From the NCBI RefSeq assembly GCF_004010195.1, contig NC_057749.1:22602976-22666975 (forward strand): a stretch of DNA of 64,000 bases. The letters are read 5' to 3'. Below the pieces are notes generated by a model. It was not told the DNA's origin and made no database searches. It saw nothing but the letters and a program-made list of their open reading frames with translations. The position numbers and the translations under genes were made by a program. This document shows, in pieces, positions 25,026 to 36,874 of this stretch; position 1 is the first letter of the stretch, and each line of letters starts with the position of its first letter. The DNA comes from Chiloscyllium plagiosum. Its lineage: Eukaryota.

Positions 25026-25474
25026 GCTATAACTGCCCCCTGGCTGAACAAGACACTCAGTTCAAGAGGCAATTAGGGTTGGGCAACAATGTCCGGTCTT
25101 TCCAGTGATGCCCATTGAGAAAGAATTAAAATAGAAATAGACCATGCACCACCACCCCCCACCCGCCACACCAACCCTTCCCCCTCTCCCCTTCTGAGCA
25201 AGGGATGAGTCACTTCTTTAAAGTCTTTCACTGGCAGCACCTCCAGCAATCCATAAACTGCAAGTCCTCCTGCACCATACAGGCTGAAGGAGACTGTCTT
25301 CACTACTGGATGTATCTGCTGTGCACGGCCAATGCTAGGTTTTGGAATGTAACACTCAGCCTTTATGGGTGGTCAGTACCACTGGGTGGAACTCTGTCAT
25401 CGTTCAGTATCTGCAGGAAACCCACCTTTTCACCCAGTGTCTGGAACGAACCTTTCTAGTTCCTGCTGAGAATA

Positions 25475-25625
25475 AAGTTAAAAATCACACAACACCAGAT
25501 TATAGTCCAACAGGTTTAATTGGAAGCACACTAGCTTCCAATTAAACCTGTTGGACTATAACCTGGTGTTGTGTGATTTTCAACTTTGTACACCCCAGTC
25601 CAACACCGGCATCTCCAAATCATGA
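25475..25625. mobile_element. Penelope-derived fold-back element (second pLTR family) with 12-bp TSD
   Basis: Arms AAAATCACACAACACCAG..GGAAG / CTTCC..GTGTTGTGTGATTTT; CTGCTGAGAATA at 25463-25474 and 25626-25637. Confidence 0.75.
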
Positions 25626-26744
25626 CTGCTGAGAATAGATAGCGATGGACTCATCACCATCTCCCATTGTAATCACACTGACAATTCCTACAACAGCACT
25701 GCCAGAGATCTCAGATAACAATACCATTGCTGCTGTTAGTATCATTCTATAATTATAATGCTATCATCCAGTTTATTATCTTTCATACAGAATCATTATT
25801 TTATTACTGTGAGGACATGAACCTCTCATATATTAGAGTTGATCTTCCTCTGCAACTTCTCTGCAGCTGTAACACCATATACTGCACTCTGCTCTATTAC
25901 CCTGATGTACTTAGGTAAGGTATGATTTGTCTGGTGAGCATGCAAAACAATAATTTTCACTGTATCAAAGTACGTGTGACAATAATAAATCAAATCAAAT
26001 CCTTAGAGAGATTTTCTGGACAGCTCTTAAGTACACAGTCGAAAAGTGTGGCACTGGAAAAGCACAGCAGGTCAGGCAGCATCTGAGGAACAGGAGACTC
26101 CACAGAAGCTCTTCATCTGCAAACTTCTTTTTTTATTAACCAGAAGCTACAGGATCATGAATGTGTCGGTTGACCCAATATTCCGGATAATCAGGAGGCA
26201 CGCCGAACCGCAGGAAACCCTGACCAAGCGAAGCTTCTAGACATCAACATTCCTCAAAACAAACAATGTAATCACATTAACCCACCTCCTAAAACCAAGG
26301 TGAAAGCACACAGTAATAGAAATGCAATGCAAGGAGTGTCAAATCATGATTACACTTTATTTACAGCATGCAAAGCATCACGGCAGATCGCAATACACAA
26401 GGATAAATTTGTGCCAGTTGATTAAGGTGCCAGTTAAAACAAAAGTTTGCTGCATTTAATTGGGTTTGATTCCAAACAATGTTCTCAGCCGCGGGGAATT
26501 GGTCACTTCTGAAATTTCCTGTCCCAACACCTAGTGCACAGAACACTAAACCCCTGGCCTATGTTATGAAAAGGAAGGGTTTGGAGGGATATGGGCCAGG
26601 TGCTGGCAGGAGAGACTAGATTGGGTTGGGATATCTGGTCGGCATGGACGGGTTAGACTGAAGGGTCTGTTTCCATGCTGATTATCTCTATGACTCTATA
26701 ATGAATTCACAACCCTAGTTTTGCTGAATAAAATAACATAAAAT

Positions 26745-27125
26745 ATGCGACAAAAACAGAAATTGCTGGAAAAGCACAGCGTGTCTGGCATCATCTGTGG
26801 AGAGAAAGCAGAGTTAACATTTCAGGTCCGGTGACCCTTCCTCAGATTGCATTTTATATTATGTTCTTCAAGAATATGGTGAACCTTATGAACTTAGTTT
26901 GAAAACTAGTCTGACCTGGGAATGTACATAAGCCAATTGTTGGGAATGGGAGGACAAATAGAAAACAGAAATTGCTGGAAAGACTCAGAACTGGAGAAAG
27001 ATCATGGGGCCTGAAATGCGAATTCGGATTTCTATCCACAGATGCCGCTAGACCAGCTGAGTTTGTTCAGCAATTTCTGTTTTTATTTTTGATTTTCTGC
27101 ATCCGCAGTTCCATGGGGTTTTGGA
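26745..27125. mobile_element. Penelope-like pLTR pieces (third family) with a near-intact hammerhead on minus at ~26812-26846
   Basis: Minus strand CTGAGGA-AGGGTC-ACCG-GACCT-GAAAT-GTT-AAC. Confidence 0.6.
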
Positions 27126-27404
27126 CAAATAGTTAAGGCCGTTTTTAAAAAAAAGTACTAGGAATGTATAGCTAGAGAAAAAAGGGCAAGAAGTCACATC
27201 TTTATAAAATACTGGCTGGGCCACTGTCTTTACATAATAACATAAGAACTGGAGCAGGAGTAAGCAATTCAGCCACTTAACACTGTTTCACCATTTAATA
27301 CAATTATGGCTGATCTAATCTCGGCCTCAACTCCACTCTCCTGCCCATCCCCATAACTCTTTAACCCTTACCAATTAAAAATCTATCTCCTCCTTAAGCT
27401 TATT

Positions 27405-27930
27405 CAAAGAACAAAGAACAAAGAAATTTACAGCCCAGGAACAGGCCCTTCGGCCCTCCAAGCCTGAGCCAATCCAAGTCTACTGTCTAAACCTGTCACC
27501 CAATTCCTAAGCATCTGTATCCCTCTGCTCCCCACCTACTCATGCATCTGTCCAGACACATCTTAAATGAATCTACCGCGCCTGTCTCTATCACCTCTGC
27601 TGGCAACGCATTCCAGGCACCTACCACCCTCTGTGTAAAGTACTTGCCGTGTGTATCCCCCTTAAACTTTTCACCTCTCACCTTGAAAGCATGATTTTCG
27701 TTATTGAATCCCTCACCCTGGGAAAAAGCTTATCTCTAGCTACCCTGTCTATACCCTTCATGATTTTGTAGACCTCAATCAGGTCCCCCTTCAATCTCCT
27801 TTTCTCTAATGAAAACAATCCTAACCTACTCAACCTCTCTTCATAGCTAGCACCTTCCATACTAGGCAACATCCTCCTAAGCCTTCTCTGCACCCTCTCC
27901 AAAGCGTCCACATCCTTTTGGTAACGTGGT
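27405..27930 (-). mobile_element. Younger CR1 3' fragment nested in older CR1 remnants (~27240-28720)
   Basis: DALERVQRR..LGLFSLEKRRLKGDLIEVYKIM; (TTCTTTG)n tail. Confidence 0.9.
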
Positions 27931-28420
27931 GATCATTGAGTGTCCCAGCATCCACCACGTTCTGGGATAGTGAATTCCACCAATTCATGACCCTTTGAGA
28001 GATGTAATTTCACCTTATCTCTGTTTTAAATCTATTACCCCTTATCCTAAAACTGTGACCTCCCATTCAAGATCACCCCAAATGAGGAAGCATCCTCTCT
28101 ACATTTACTTTTCCAATCCCCTTTAGCATCTGAGGTACCTCCGTTAGATCTTCTCTCATTCTTTTATAGTCTAAGAAGTGTAGGCCTGAACTGCCCAGTC
28201 TCTTTTCAGACAACAAGACTTCCAGCTTTGGAATTGATCACCTAGAGCCTTCCTGAACTGGCTCCAATGTAACTATATTCCTCTTTAAGTAAGAGGGCCA
28301 AATCTGTATGCTCCAGATCCAGTCTTGCGAAAGCCTTGTAAAGTCGCAACTACTTTTATATTCTGTTTCTTTAGCAATAAATGCCAAAATTCTATTCGCC
28401 CTCCTTATTCCATGCTGCAA

Positions 28421-28620
28421 GGGGAGACAGTTAGCTCAGTTGGCTGGATGGCTGGCTTGCATTGGAGAATGATGCCAACAGTATGGGTTCAATTTCTCCA
28501 CCAGCTGAGGTTATCATGGGGACTGTTCCTCTCCCTAGTCTGATAATCCTCAAGTTAAACGACCAACTTTTTTTCTAATGAGAGATAAACCATAGGGTCC
28601 AGTAAGTCTATGGTAACTGT
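28421..28620 (+). mobile_element. tRNA-derived SINE (third family); a reverse copy lies at ~35065-35250
   Basis: TAGCTCAGTTGG A box and GGTTCAATTTC B box; body shared with 35065-35250. Confidence 0.55.
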
Positions 28621-28964
28621 GCCCTGCACGCTAGCTTTCTGCAAACTTGTGCTCAAGGACTCCCAGTTCCCTCTACCCTGAAGCATTTTGAATTTAGATA
28701 ACAAGTTGCCTTTTTATTCAGTGGGAGACTGGTGCTGGGGAAAGTGGGGGTTGTACTATTGGGATGGTCTATGCCTGAACTGAACTGAAATGGAGCATTC
28801 TGGTAAGCTGTTAACGAGGGAAGGTGAAAAGGTTTTAAATTAGATCTTGTAGGCAAAGGGTCAAATTTAGGAAGATGTGGTAAATCCAGGAGTAGAAACA
28901 AGGCAAAAGAGAAAGATATTATTACGGGAAATGAGAAACAGACTTTAACAGAGATGAATAGGAC

Positions 28965-29306
28965 CATAGAACCTCCTACAGCATAGAAAAAGACCATTTG
29001 GCCCAACAAGTCCACACCAACCCTCCAAGGAGTAACACACCCAGACTCATTCCCTATTACTCTATATTTCCTCTGACTAATGCATCTAACCTACACATCT
29101 CCGAACACTATGGGTAATTTCCCATGGCCAATTCACCTTAACCTGCACATCTTTGGACTATGGGATGAAACCAGAGCACCCGGAGGAAACCCACGCAGAC
29201 ACGGGGAGAATGTGCAAACTCCACACAGACAGTCACTCCAGGCTGGAATTGAACTTGGGTGCCTGGCGCTGTGAGGCAGCTGCGCTAACCACTGAGCCAC
29301 CGTGCC
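28965..29306 (-). mobile_element. HE1 V-SINE
   Basis: A/B boxes and core on minus. Confidence 0.85.
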
Positions 29307-29410
29307 AAAAGTATCAAACTCAGAGGAAATCAATAGATAGCTGAGTGCATAAAAAATGATAAAAAGCCAAAACTGAAGTATGTGAGTACACACGGCAAAA
29401 GTAATGAACT

Positions 29411-29668
29411 AGGTAAAAACAATGACTGCAGATGCTGGAAACCAGAGTCTGGATTAGTGGTGCTGGAAGAGCACAGCAATTCAGGCAGCATCCAAGGAGC
29501 AGCGAAATCAACGTTTCGGGCAAAAGCCCTTCATCAGGAATAAAGGCAGATCTCTCCATGCTTCAGGCTCTCTGCCTTTATTCCTGATGAGCAGCGAACG
29601 TCGGTTTCGCTGCTCCTTGGATGCTGCCTGAATTGCTGTGCTCTTCCAGCACCACTAATCCAGATAAG
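29411..29668. mobile_element. Penelope-derived fold-back element with 11-bp TSD
   Basis: Inverted arms; AGTAATGAACT at 29400-29410 and 29669-29679. Confidence 0.8.
29505..29540 (-). ncRNA. Minimal type I hammerhead ribozyme motif (intact core)
   Basis: TTC-CTGATGA-A-GGGC-TTTT-GCCC-GAAAC-GTT^GA: CUGANGA and GAAA core, 4-bp stem II, palindromic ACGU stem III. Confidence 0.7.
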
Positions 29669-29904
29669 AGTAATGAACTGACAGCACAAATATGAATAAA
29701 TATGAACAATCTCTTAGTCATTACAGGGATAGAACTGCACATAGATTGGGACATGGATATTGAAGGGGACAGAACAGGAAGCTAGATTATCCCTGTAAAT
29801 TCCTGGAGAATCCAGGGCATCCCTGAAAGGTTGAGAAGCCTCCTATTCTGAGAGTCTGACAAGAGCTCACCAATACTAGTCAAAAGTTATCAGCCCAAAG
29901 GATT

Positions 29905-30798
29905 CCTGTAGAGGCAGCAAAACCTCTCCATCAACATCAACAAAGCGAAAGAGCTGGTCATTGACTTCAGGAAGCGAAGTGGAGGGCACACCCCTGTCTG
30001 TATCAATGGAGCTGAGACGGAGATGGGAGAGAGCGTTAAGTTCCTGGTCCACCCATTCCTGATGAAGACCTTATGCTTGAAACGTCGACTCTCCTGCTCC
30101 TCGGATGCTGCCTGACCTGCTGTGCTTTTCCAGCGCCACACTCTTTGACTCTGATCTCCAGCATTTGCAGCCCTCACTTTCTCCTGGTCCACCCATGTTG
30201 ATGCGATGGTCAAAGAAGCATAACAAGATCTCTACCTCCTCAGGAGGCGAAGGAAATTCAGCATTTCCACAAGAACTACCTCTATTTTTTTTATAGATGC
30301 ACCATAGGAAGCATTTGATCTGGAAGCACCATACGTGTGGTTTGGCAACTGCTCTTCCCAAGACCACAAGAGACTACAGACAGTCATGAACACAGCCCAG
30401 TCCATCACACAAACCAGCCTTCCATCCATTGACTCCGTCTATACTTCCCATTGTCTAAGGAAAGCAGCCAATATAATCAAAAACACCCCCCCCGCAACTC
30501 TGGTTATACTCTCCTTCACCCTTTTCAGTCGGGTAGAAAATATAAAAGTTCCTTTACACATACAAAAAGGTTTAATAACAGCTTCTTCACCGCTGTTGTT
30601 AGACTTCTGATTGGACCTCTCACATTTTAAGTTTAATGTTGATCTCGTTCTTTGTGCACCTTTTCGGCAGCTGTCACATTGTATTCCTCGCTCTGTTCTA
30701 TTACCTTAACGCACTTTGTATGGTATGATCTGCACGCAAAACAAAACTTCCCACTGTACCTAGGTACATGTGACAATAATAAATCAGATAAAATCAAT
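29905..30798 (+). mobile_element. Rex1/Babar-type LINE 3' part with an inserted Penelope pLTR (~30050-30185)
   Basis: KELVIDFRK..VKFL..WFGNCSSQDHKRLQ; AATAAATC tail; insert carries CTGATGA..GAAACGTC at 30059-30086. Confidence 0.75.
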
Positions 30799-31286
30799 AC
30801 AAAAATGGTGGGACCTATGTACTCAGAATCTCTGCATCACCTCCTCAAACCTTTCAACCTGAGAGGGGGGGGGAGGGGGTGCCAACTTGGTCAGAGGACG
30901 ATGTGGCAATGCCTATCTGTTTCACATTCATGGCTGTCTTGACACTGTCGAGCCATGACGTAGACTCTGTTCTGTCCACCTGAGGGGCAAAAGCCACAAT
31001 GCCTATAGAGACTGATCACTTTTTAAAAAGTTACTTCAGAATTACCTAGACGCAGGTTTGTCTACCATTTTAATTGGGGCTTTTGTGTAGCTGTGACGAT
31101 CTGATTTAGTGAGCTTGGTATCCCGAGAGGAAGAAACGTGGGTGTTATATTCAATGCAGTTGAAGGTCTGGTGTTATTGTTTCATTGCGCTGAGCAGCAT
31201 TATTTATTTATTTGTTACTTCTACTGGACTGTTGCATGAGTATAGTTTTGTGTTTTTTGCATGTTTTTTTAATTTTCCTTTTATAT

Positions 31287-31454
31287 ACACACACAGACAC
31301 ACACGCAAACACATACACACACACACACACACACAGGCACATACACACACAGACACACACACACACAGACATACATACACATACAGACACACACATACAG
31401 ACACACACATACACGCGTGCACACAGACACACATACGCACACACTTATATATAT
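31287..31454. repeat. Degenerate (CA)n tract
   Basis: Direct inspection. Confidence 0.95.
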
Positions 31455-31669
31455 AGAATAGCGTTGTTGGCTTATTGTTGCTATTATTTTGTAGCTTCAT
31501 AAAAAATAAATCTTTTCTCAATAAAAATACATTTTAAAAAGTTCTCGGTGACTTAATGGAATCACCTGATATGATATTTTGAGACATTTGCTGTAACAAA
31601 GTAAAAATAACAGAGATTAACAATTACTTAGAAGGCCATCAATAGACTAATCCTCAGAAAAGTTCTATT

Positions 31670-32170
31670 AACCAGCCTCCACCACTTCCTCTGGAAGCTC
31701 ATTCCATTCCACTCTCTGCAGGAAAATGTTGCCACTAAGATCCCTTTTAAATCTTTCCCCTCTCACCCTAAACCTATGTTCTCTTTTTCTGGACTGCCCC
31801 CACCCCAGGGAAAAGATTTTATCTATTTATCCTATCCATGCCCCTCATGATTTTATAAACCTCTATAATGTCACCCCTCAGCCTTCGACGCTCCAGGGAA
31901 AACAGCCCCAGCCTACTCAGCCTCTCCCTACAGCTCAAACCCTCCAACCCTGGCAATATCCTTGTAAATCTTTTCTGAACCCTTTCAAGTTTCACAACAT
32001 CCTTCCAAAAGGATAGAGACCAAAACTCAACACAATATTCCAAAAGTGGTCTAACCAATCTCCTGTACAGCTACAACATGACCTCCCAACCCCTATACTC
32101 AATGCACTAACCAATAAAGGCACGCGTACCAAATGTCTTCTTCACTATCTTGTCTACCTGTGACTGCACA
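31670..32170 (-). mobile_element. CR1 3' fragment
   Basis: VRPLLEYCVEFWS..KDVVKLERVQKRFTRILPGL. Confidence 0.9.
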
Positions 32171-32449
32171 TTCATAAAAAAAGAAAAAAACATTAAACCA
32201 GGATCGTGCATTTCAATAACATTTGATCTGTGCTTTGTTCCCCAGCAGTAGGTGAGCCATCCATACCTGTGGTCAGGCAGAGCTATTAATAAACTGCACA
32301 ACCCTTTCGATTTTACCTTAAAATGAAGAGAATTGGAAATATGACCTTCTTTTAACACCTTGCCTTTAGAACATAATGTAATCAAGGCTGAAACACAATT
32401 TAAGTGGTATGTATCCCTTCCTCTTCTGCAACTTCCTTCAATGTGGACC

Positions 32450-32770
32450 GCACTGCTGCCTCACAGCACCAGGGACCCAGGTTCGATTCCAGCCTTGGGC
32501 GACTGTCTGTGTGGAGTTTGCACATTCTCCCCGTGTCTGCGTGGGTTTCCTCCGGGTGCTCTGGTTTCCTCCCACAGTCTAAAGATGTGCATGTTAGGTG
32601 AATTGGCCATGTTAAATTGTCATAGTGTTCAGGGATGTGTGGGCTAGGTACATTAATCAGGAAGAAATTTAGGGGAATGAGTCTGGGTGTGTTACTCTTC
32701 GGACTGTTGGTGTGGACTTGTTGGGCCAAAGGGCCTGTTTCCACACTGTTGGAATTCTATGATTTCTATG
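32450..32770 (+). mobile_element. HE1 V-SINE, 5' clipped
   Basis: B box GGTTCGATTCC, core and tail. Confidence 0.85.
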
Positions 32771-33124
32771 AATGTTGACCATTTACAGGTATCAGTGATC
32801 ACCATTTTGTTTTAATATTACAATATTTTCTTTGACAATTCTAACAAGTAATTCAATACCAGTAGGATGTTCAAAGAAGTTAACATAAACCAGCTGGGTA
32901 AGGACAGGGGACAGTGACAACTGCCCGTCCCCTGCCCACATCCCCCACCAAGTCTTGTCCAGCTACACGTCCTTCCCTTCTGCCATCCAGATCTCAGAGA
33001 AGTGAATCCGTATCCCCCAATCAGTTCCTCGATGCCCAGTGGTACAGAGAGTCTTACCCAACCCAAGGCACCAACCTTCAGGGCCGAATGGCCTGTTTCC
33101 ATATTGTAGGGAATCTAATCTTCA

Positions 33125-33782
33125 TTTTAGTCCTGAAGAAGGGTTATACCTGAAATGTTGACTTCTCCAGCTCCTGCTGCTGCCTGGCTTGCTGTGTCCT
33201 TCCAGCCTCAAGCTTGTCTACCTTGGATTCCAGCATCTGCAGCTTTTTTGTCTCTTCTTTTGAAAGAACAGCTTTCTGCTATGGAGTCAAGCAGGATGAA
33301 AACAGACCCTATCGGTCCACTTATTCTGTGCTGACCAAATGTCCAAATCTGACCGAGTCCCACTTGCTGGCAGTTAGCCCATATCCTCCTGTACCCTTCC
33401 TATGCATCTACCTATCCAGATGCCTTTTAAATGTTGCATTTGTACCAGCCTCTCCAACTTCCTCTGGCAGCTCATTCCATACACGTACCACCCTCTGTGT
33501 GAAAAAGAGTGGTGCTAGAAAAGCACAGCAGGTCAGGCAGCATCCGAGGAGCAGGAAAATAGACATTTCGGGCAGGAGCCCTTCATCATTACGTCGATTT
33601 TCCTGCTCCTCGGATGCTGCCTGGCCTGCTGAGCTTTTCCAGCACCACTCTAATCTTGACTCTAATCTCCAGCATCGGCAGTCCTCACTTTCGCAAAGTC
33701 AAAAATCACACAACACCAGGTTATCGTCCAACAGGTTTATTTGAAAATGCAAGCATTTAGAGCCCCAGCTCCTTCCTCAGGC
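33125..33782. mobile_element. Cluster: pLTR with hammerhead (33133-33162, +), CR1 3' piece (~33280-33505, -), fold-back pLTR (33505-33692), second-family pLTR (33695-33782)
   Basis: CTGAAGA-AGGGT-TAT-ACCT-GAAAT-GTT; inverted arms joined at CTTCATCA|TT|ACGTCGA. Confidence 0.7.
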
Positions 33783-34702
33783 AGCTAGTGAGAGAGGATT
33801 TTATAAAGCTCTATATGGTCACCCCTCAGCCTCTGACATTTCAGTCAAAAACCAGTCCCAGCCTATCCAGTGTCTCCCTGGATAAGTTCATGAATAGGAA
33901 AGGTTTGGAGGGATATGGACCAAGCGCAGGCAGGTGGCACTAGTTTAGTTCGATCGGCATGGACTGACTGCACCAAAGGGTCTGTTTCCGTGCTGTATGA
34001 CTCTATAACTCAATCTGTCCAGTGCTGGCAATATCCTTGTAAATCTCTACTACACCCTCTCAAGCTTAACAAAATGCTCCCCACAGCAGGGCGACCAATT
34101 AGCCTGGCCTTTCCACCAATGGGCTAGTAATGTACAGTGGGGCATCCGCAATATCAGACGACAGACTGAACACTGTAGAAATCTTGGAGCAAGCGAGAGG
34201 TTCGACATATGTGACGTTAGAATTGGGGCTTCGCACCAAAACCTTTGTTCTTATGTTTCCTCTTATCCTCCCCCTCAGGAGATAGATGTAGCACATCTTT
34301 CGCCAGAGGCATTTTGAGTGTGGAAACATTTCTCAACTTGCACTGTGTCTGGCAACCCAAAAGCTCTCAGGCCTAGCTTTCTCACTCTCCCACTTGCTCT
34401 GTCACTGGCATCGTCTTGCACACTGCCCCCTGGGTTTCACTGAGTTCCTCATCAAAGAAACATTGACAGCCCCTCTATTCACCCATTTTTACTCAGCACC
34501 ATACTCTTCAGACAGACCATTTGCTGATACACGGGCACATTGAAGGAAACACCTGCAGTGGTAGAAAATGACTGAAAACATCTCAGCTGCAAGGATTCAA
34601 ACAATAAATGTTGCTCTTAGTCATACAAGCTTTTGAAGTTAGCTCTAGCCACACCAACTAAAGGGAACCTTCGGCCTGGAGATTGGAGGCAGAAATTCTG
34701 TC

Positions 34703-34812
34703 CTCATTTCTCACTTTCCTCATTCCTGAAGAAGGGCTTATGCCCGAAACGTCAATTGTCCTGTTCCTTGGATGCTGCCTGACCTGCTGCGCTTTTCCAG
34801 CAACACATTTTC
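34703..34812 (+). mobile_element. Short Penelope pLTR insertion with 15-bp TSD
   Basis: GGCAGAAATTCTGTC at 34688-34702 and 34813-34827. Confidence 0.8.
34721..34757 (+). ncRNA. Minimal type I hammerhead ribozyme motif (intact core, GUC site)
   Basis: CTGAAGA (34726-34732), A, GGGC-TTAT-GCCC, GAAAC (34746-34750), GTC^ (34751-34753); stem I weakened by a G>A change at 34754. Confidence 0.7.
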
Positions 34813-35274
34813 GGCAGAAATTCTGTCTTCAGCAAGGTCAGTGATTCTTACACAAATTGCAACCCCAATATTGCTTAACTTGACCTTCTTTTATCACGCC
34901 GTTTCCAATATATTAAAGCAAATTCTGAAAATGAAAACAGCAACTGCTGGAGAAACTCAGCAGGTCTGGCAGAATCCTTGGAGATTGAAAAACAGAGTTA
35001 ATGCTTCGTGTCCAGTGACCCTTCTTCAGAACAGTCTCACTAGACTTGAAACATTACAGTTGTGTCACAAGAGAGGGCTGCTCTCTCATTCAGGAGAGAC
35101 AACTGATGGGGGCTTAACCTGAGGGTCACCATACCTCAAGTGAGGGGAAAAGTTGCAGAAGGTAACCGGAGCCAGTATGGGAATTGAACCTATCATGTTA
35201 GAATCTCACTGCTTCACAAACTAACCACCCAGCCGACTGAACTAAACCAACCCTTTGAAATGCTACCACACGAC

Positions 35275-35780
35275 CTGAAGGATGTGGAATCTTTGGAGAG
35301 GGTGTGGAAAAGAATGTTGCCTGGTTTGGGGGATTTTAGCTAGGAAAAAAGGTTGGATAGACTGGGGTTGTTTTCACTGGAACGCAGAAGGTTGAGGGGG
35401 CGACCTGATAGAAGTTCATAAGATTGTGAATGGCGTGGATAGAGTGGAAAATATGAGGCTTTTTCCCCAGGATGGAGGGGTCAGTTACCAGGGGACATGG
35501 GTTCAAGGTGTGAGGAGGGAAGTTTAAAAGAGATGCGCGAGTTAAGTTTTTCACACAAAGGGCGGTGAGTGCCTGGAATGTGCTGCCAGAGGAGGTGGTG
35601 GAAGCAGATGAAATAGCAGCATTCAAGAAGCACCTGGATGAGTACATGAATAGGAAGGGAATAGAGGGATACGGATCCTGTAAATGAAGACAGTTTTGGT
35701 ATGGAAGGGCAAAATGTGTCAGTGCAGGCTTGGAGGGCCGAAGGGCTTGTTCCTGAGCTGTAGTGTTTTGTCCTTCTTTG
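35275..35780 (+). mobile_element. CR1 3' fragment
   Basis: LGLFSLERRRLRGDLIEV, TRGH, FTQR, WNVLP motifs and 3' UTR. Confidence 0.85.
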
Positions 35781-36133
35781 TTAACCTTGTTTCTCTCTCC
35801 ACAAACGATGCCAGAATTTCTCCAGCACTCTTGTTTTTATCCCACTTAAACATATTTGCTTATATCCAACCACAAAATCTGCATTAATCTGGGCTGTCTT
35901 ATATAATCTATCTATTTTAGATGATCGATCACAAGTACATCACAGCGAACAAGCATTTCCAGCCAATGTTGCCAGTGGGTCACAAGCTTGGTTTTGGATT
36001 GAAAGTGACAATAGACAAGCATAAAGGTCTATTTGGCTTTGAATTCATTAGTTAGTTCTTCAGTAAATGAAAACAAAATTATTTTAAAATGTGACTGCCG
36101 GTGTCTTTTGAAAGTTTTGGTGCAACCTTTTGA

Positions 36134-36208
36134 TTAGATTAGATTACATTACATTACAGTGTGGAAACAGGCCCTTCGGCCCATCAAGTCCACACCGCCC
36201 CGCCAAAG
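36134..36208 (-). mobile_element. 75-bp HE1 3' tail flanked by a 51-bp direct duplication
   Basis: 36083-36133 is identical to 36209-36259. Confidence 0.85.
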
Positions 36209-36283
36209 TTTAAAATGTGACTGCCGGTGTCTTTTGAAAGTTTTGGTGCAACCTTTTGAAGGGAGGTGTGTTATACTGGGTAT

Positions 36284-36704
36284 CAAAAGAACTGTGCAGA
36301 GGCTGGTATTATGTCACCAAGTCACCCTTTACAAACATACAGTATGTAACACTGATCCAGCTCCCTCTGAGACAACTCTCAGAGTGAACAGAACCTCTGA
36401 CACCCCTGTTCTTACCTGTCAGCCAAATTAACCAGATTAACAGCCCCAATCAGTGGACACAAACTGAAAATGTATTGCTGGAAAAGTGCAGCAGGTCAGG
36501 CAGCATCCAAGGAGCATGAGAATCGATGTTTTGGGCATGAGCCCTTCTTCAGGAATCCGAAACGTCTATTCTCCTGCTCATTGGATGCTGCCTGACCTGC
36601 TGCGCTTTTCCAGCAATAAATTTTCAGCTCTGATCTCCAGCATCTGCAGACCTCACTTTCTCCAATCAGTGGACATACCTGGCTGACCTCGTTATAATCA
36701 CAAC
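36284..36704 (-). mobile_element. Probable solo LTR (Gypsy-like) containing a Penelope fold-back insert (36460-36661)
   Basis: Minus strand starts TGTTGTGATTATAACGAGGTCAGCCAGG, resembling a recalled shark LTR; the insert has TSD CCAATCAGTGGACA (36446-36459, 36662-36675); no clean LTR TSD seen. Confidence 0.5.
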
Positions 36705-36874
36705 AATCACGATAGCTTCCTCACACCTGAGTCTGAAACTCTGTGTTCAAGTCCCATTGATGCTCAAGGAAGATGCTTTCATAACCGCGTTGAATACCAA
36801 TCCTCACGCCAAGGAGAGGCAGTAACAACAGGACAGAAAGCTGCTGAGCTATGTGAGGGAAGGTGCCATTATTC

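Larger units (their letters stand above)
22050..25745 (-). pseudogene. Highly decayed TRIM (RING/B-box/coiled-coil/PRY-SPRY) copy, fragmented by TEs
   Basis: In order on minus: SG/QCCCRNC (~25670-25705), WC/QEDLQFMDCWRC (~25238-25278), KDKLTIIL..ELFSHMR..EREKILNGL (~23480-23850), GAFLIIWKEM (~23020-23052), DPLSPWLSCSEE (~22488-22523), GK*CRVARVDTASN*AVLIC (22314-22373), VRLDL/DYK (22255-22280). Needs several frameshifts. Confidence 0.5.

Noticed and set aside
34279..34317. Plus-strand acceptor followed by EIDVAHLSPEAF*
   Set aside because: Good pyrimidine tract but no recognisable protein or partner exons.
25033..34440. CTCF-like CCAGGGGGCAG motifs at ~25035 and ~34425 (minus)
   Set aside because: Only the 3' half of the motif matches; not supportable without ChIP data.
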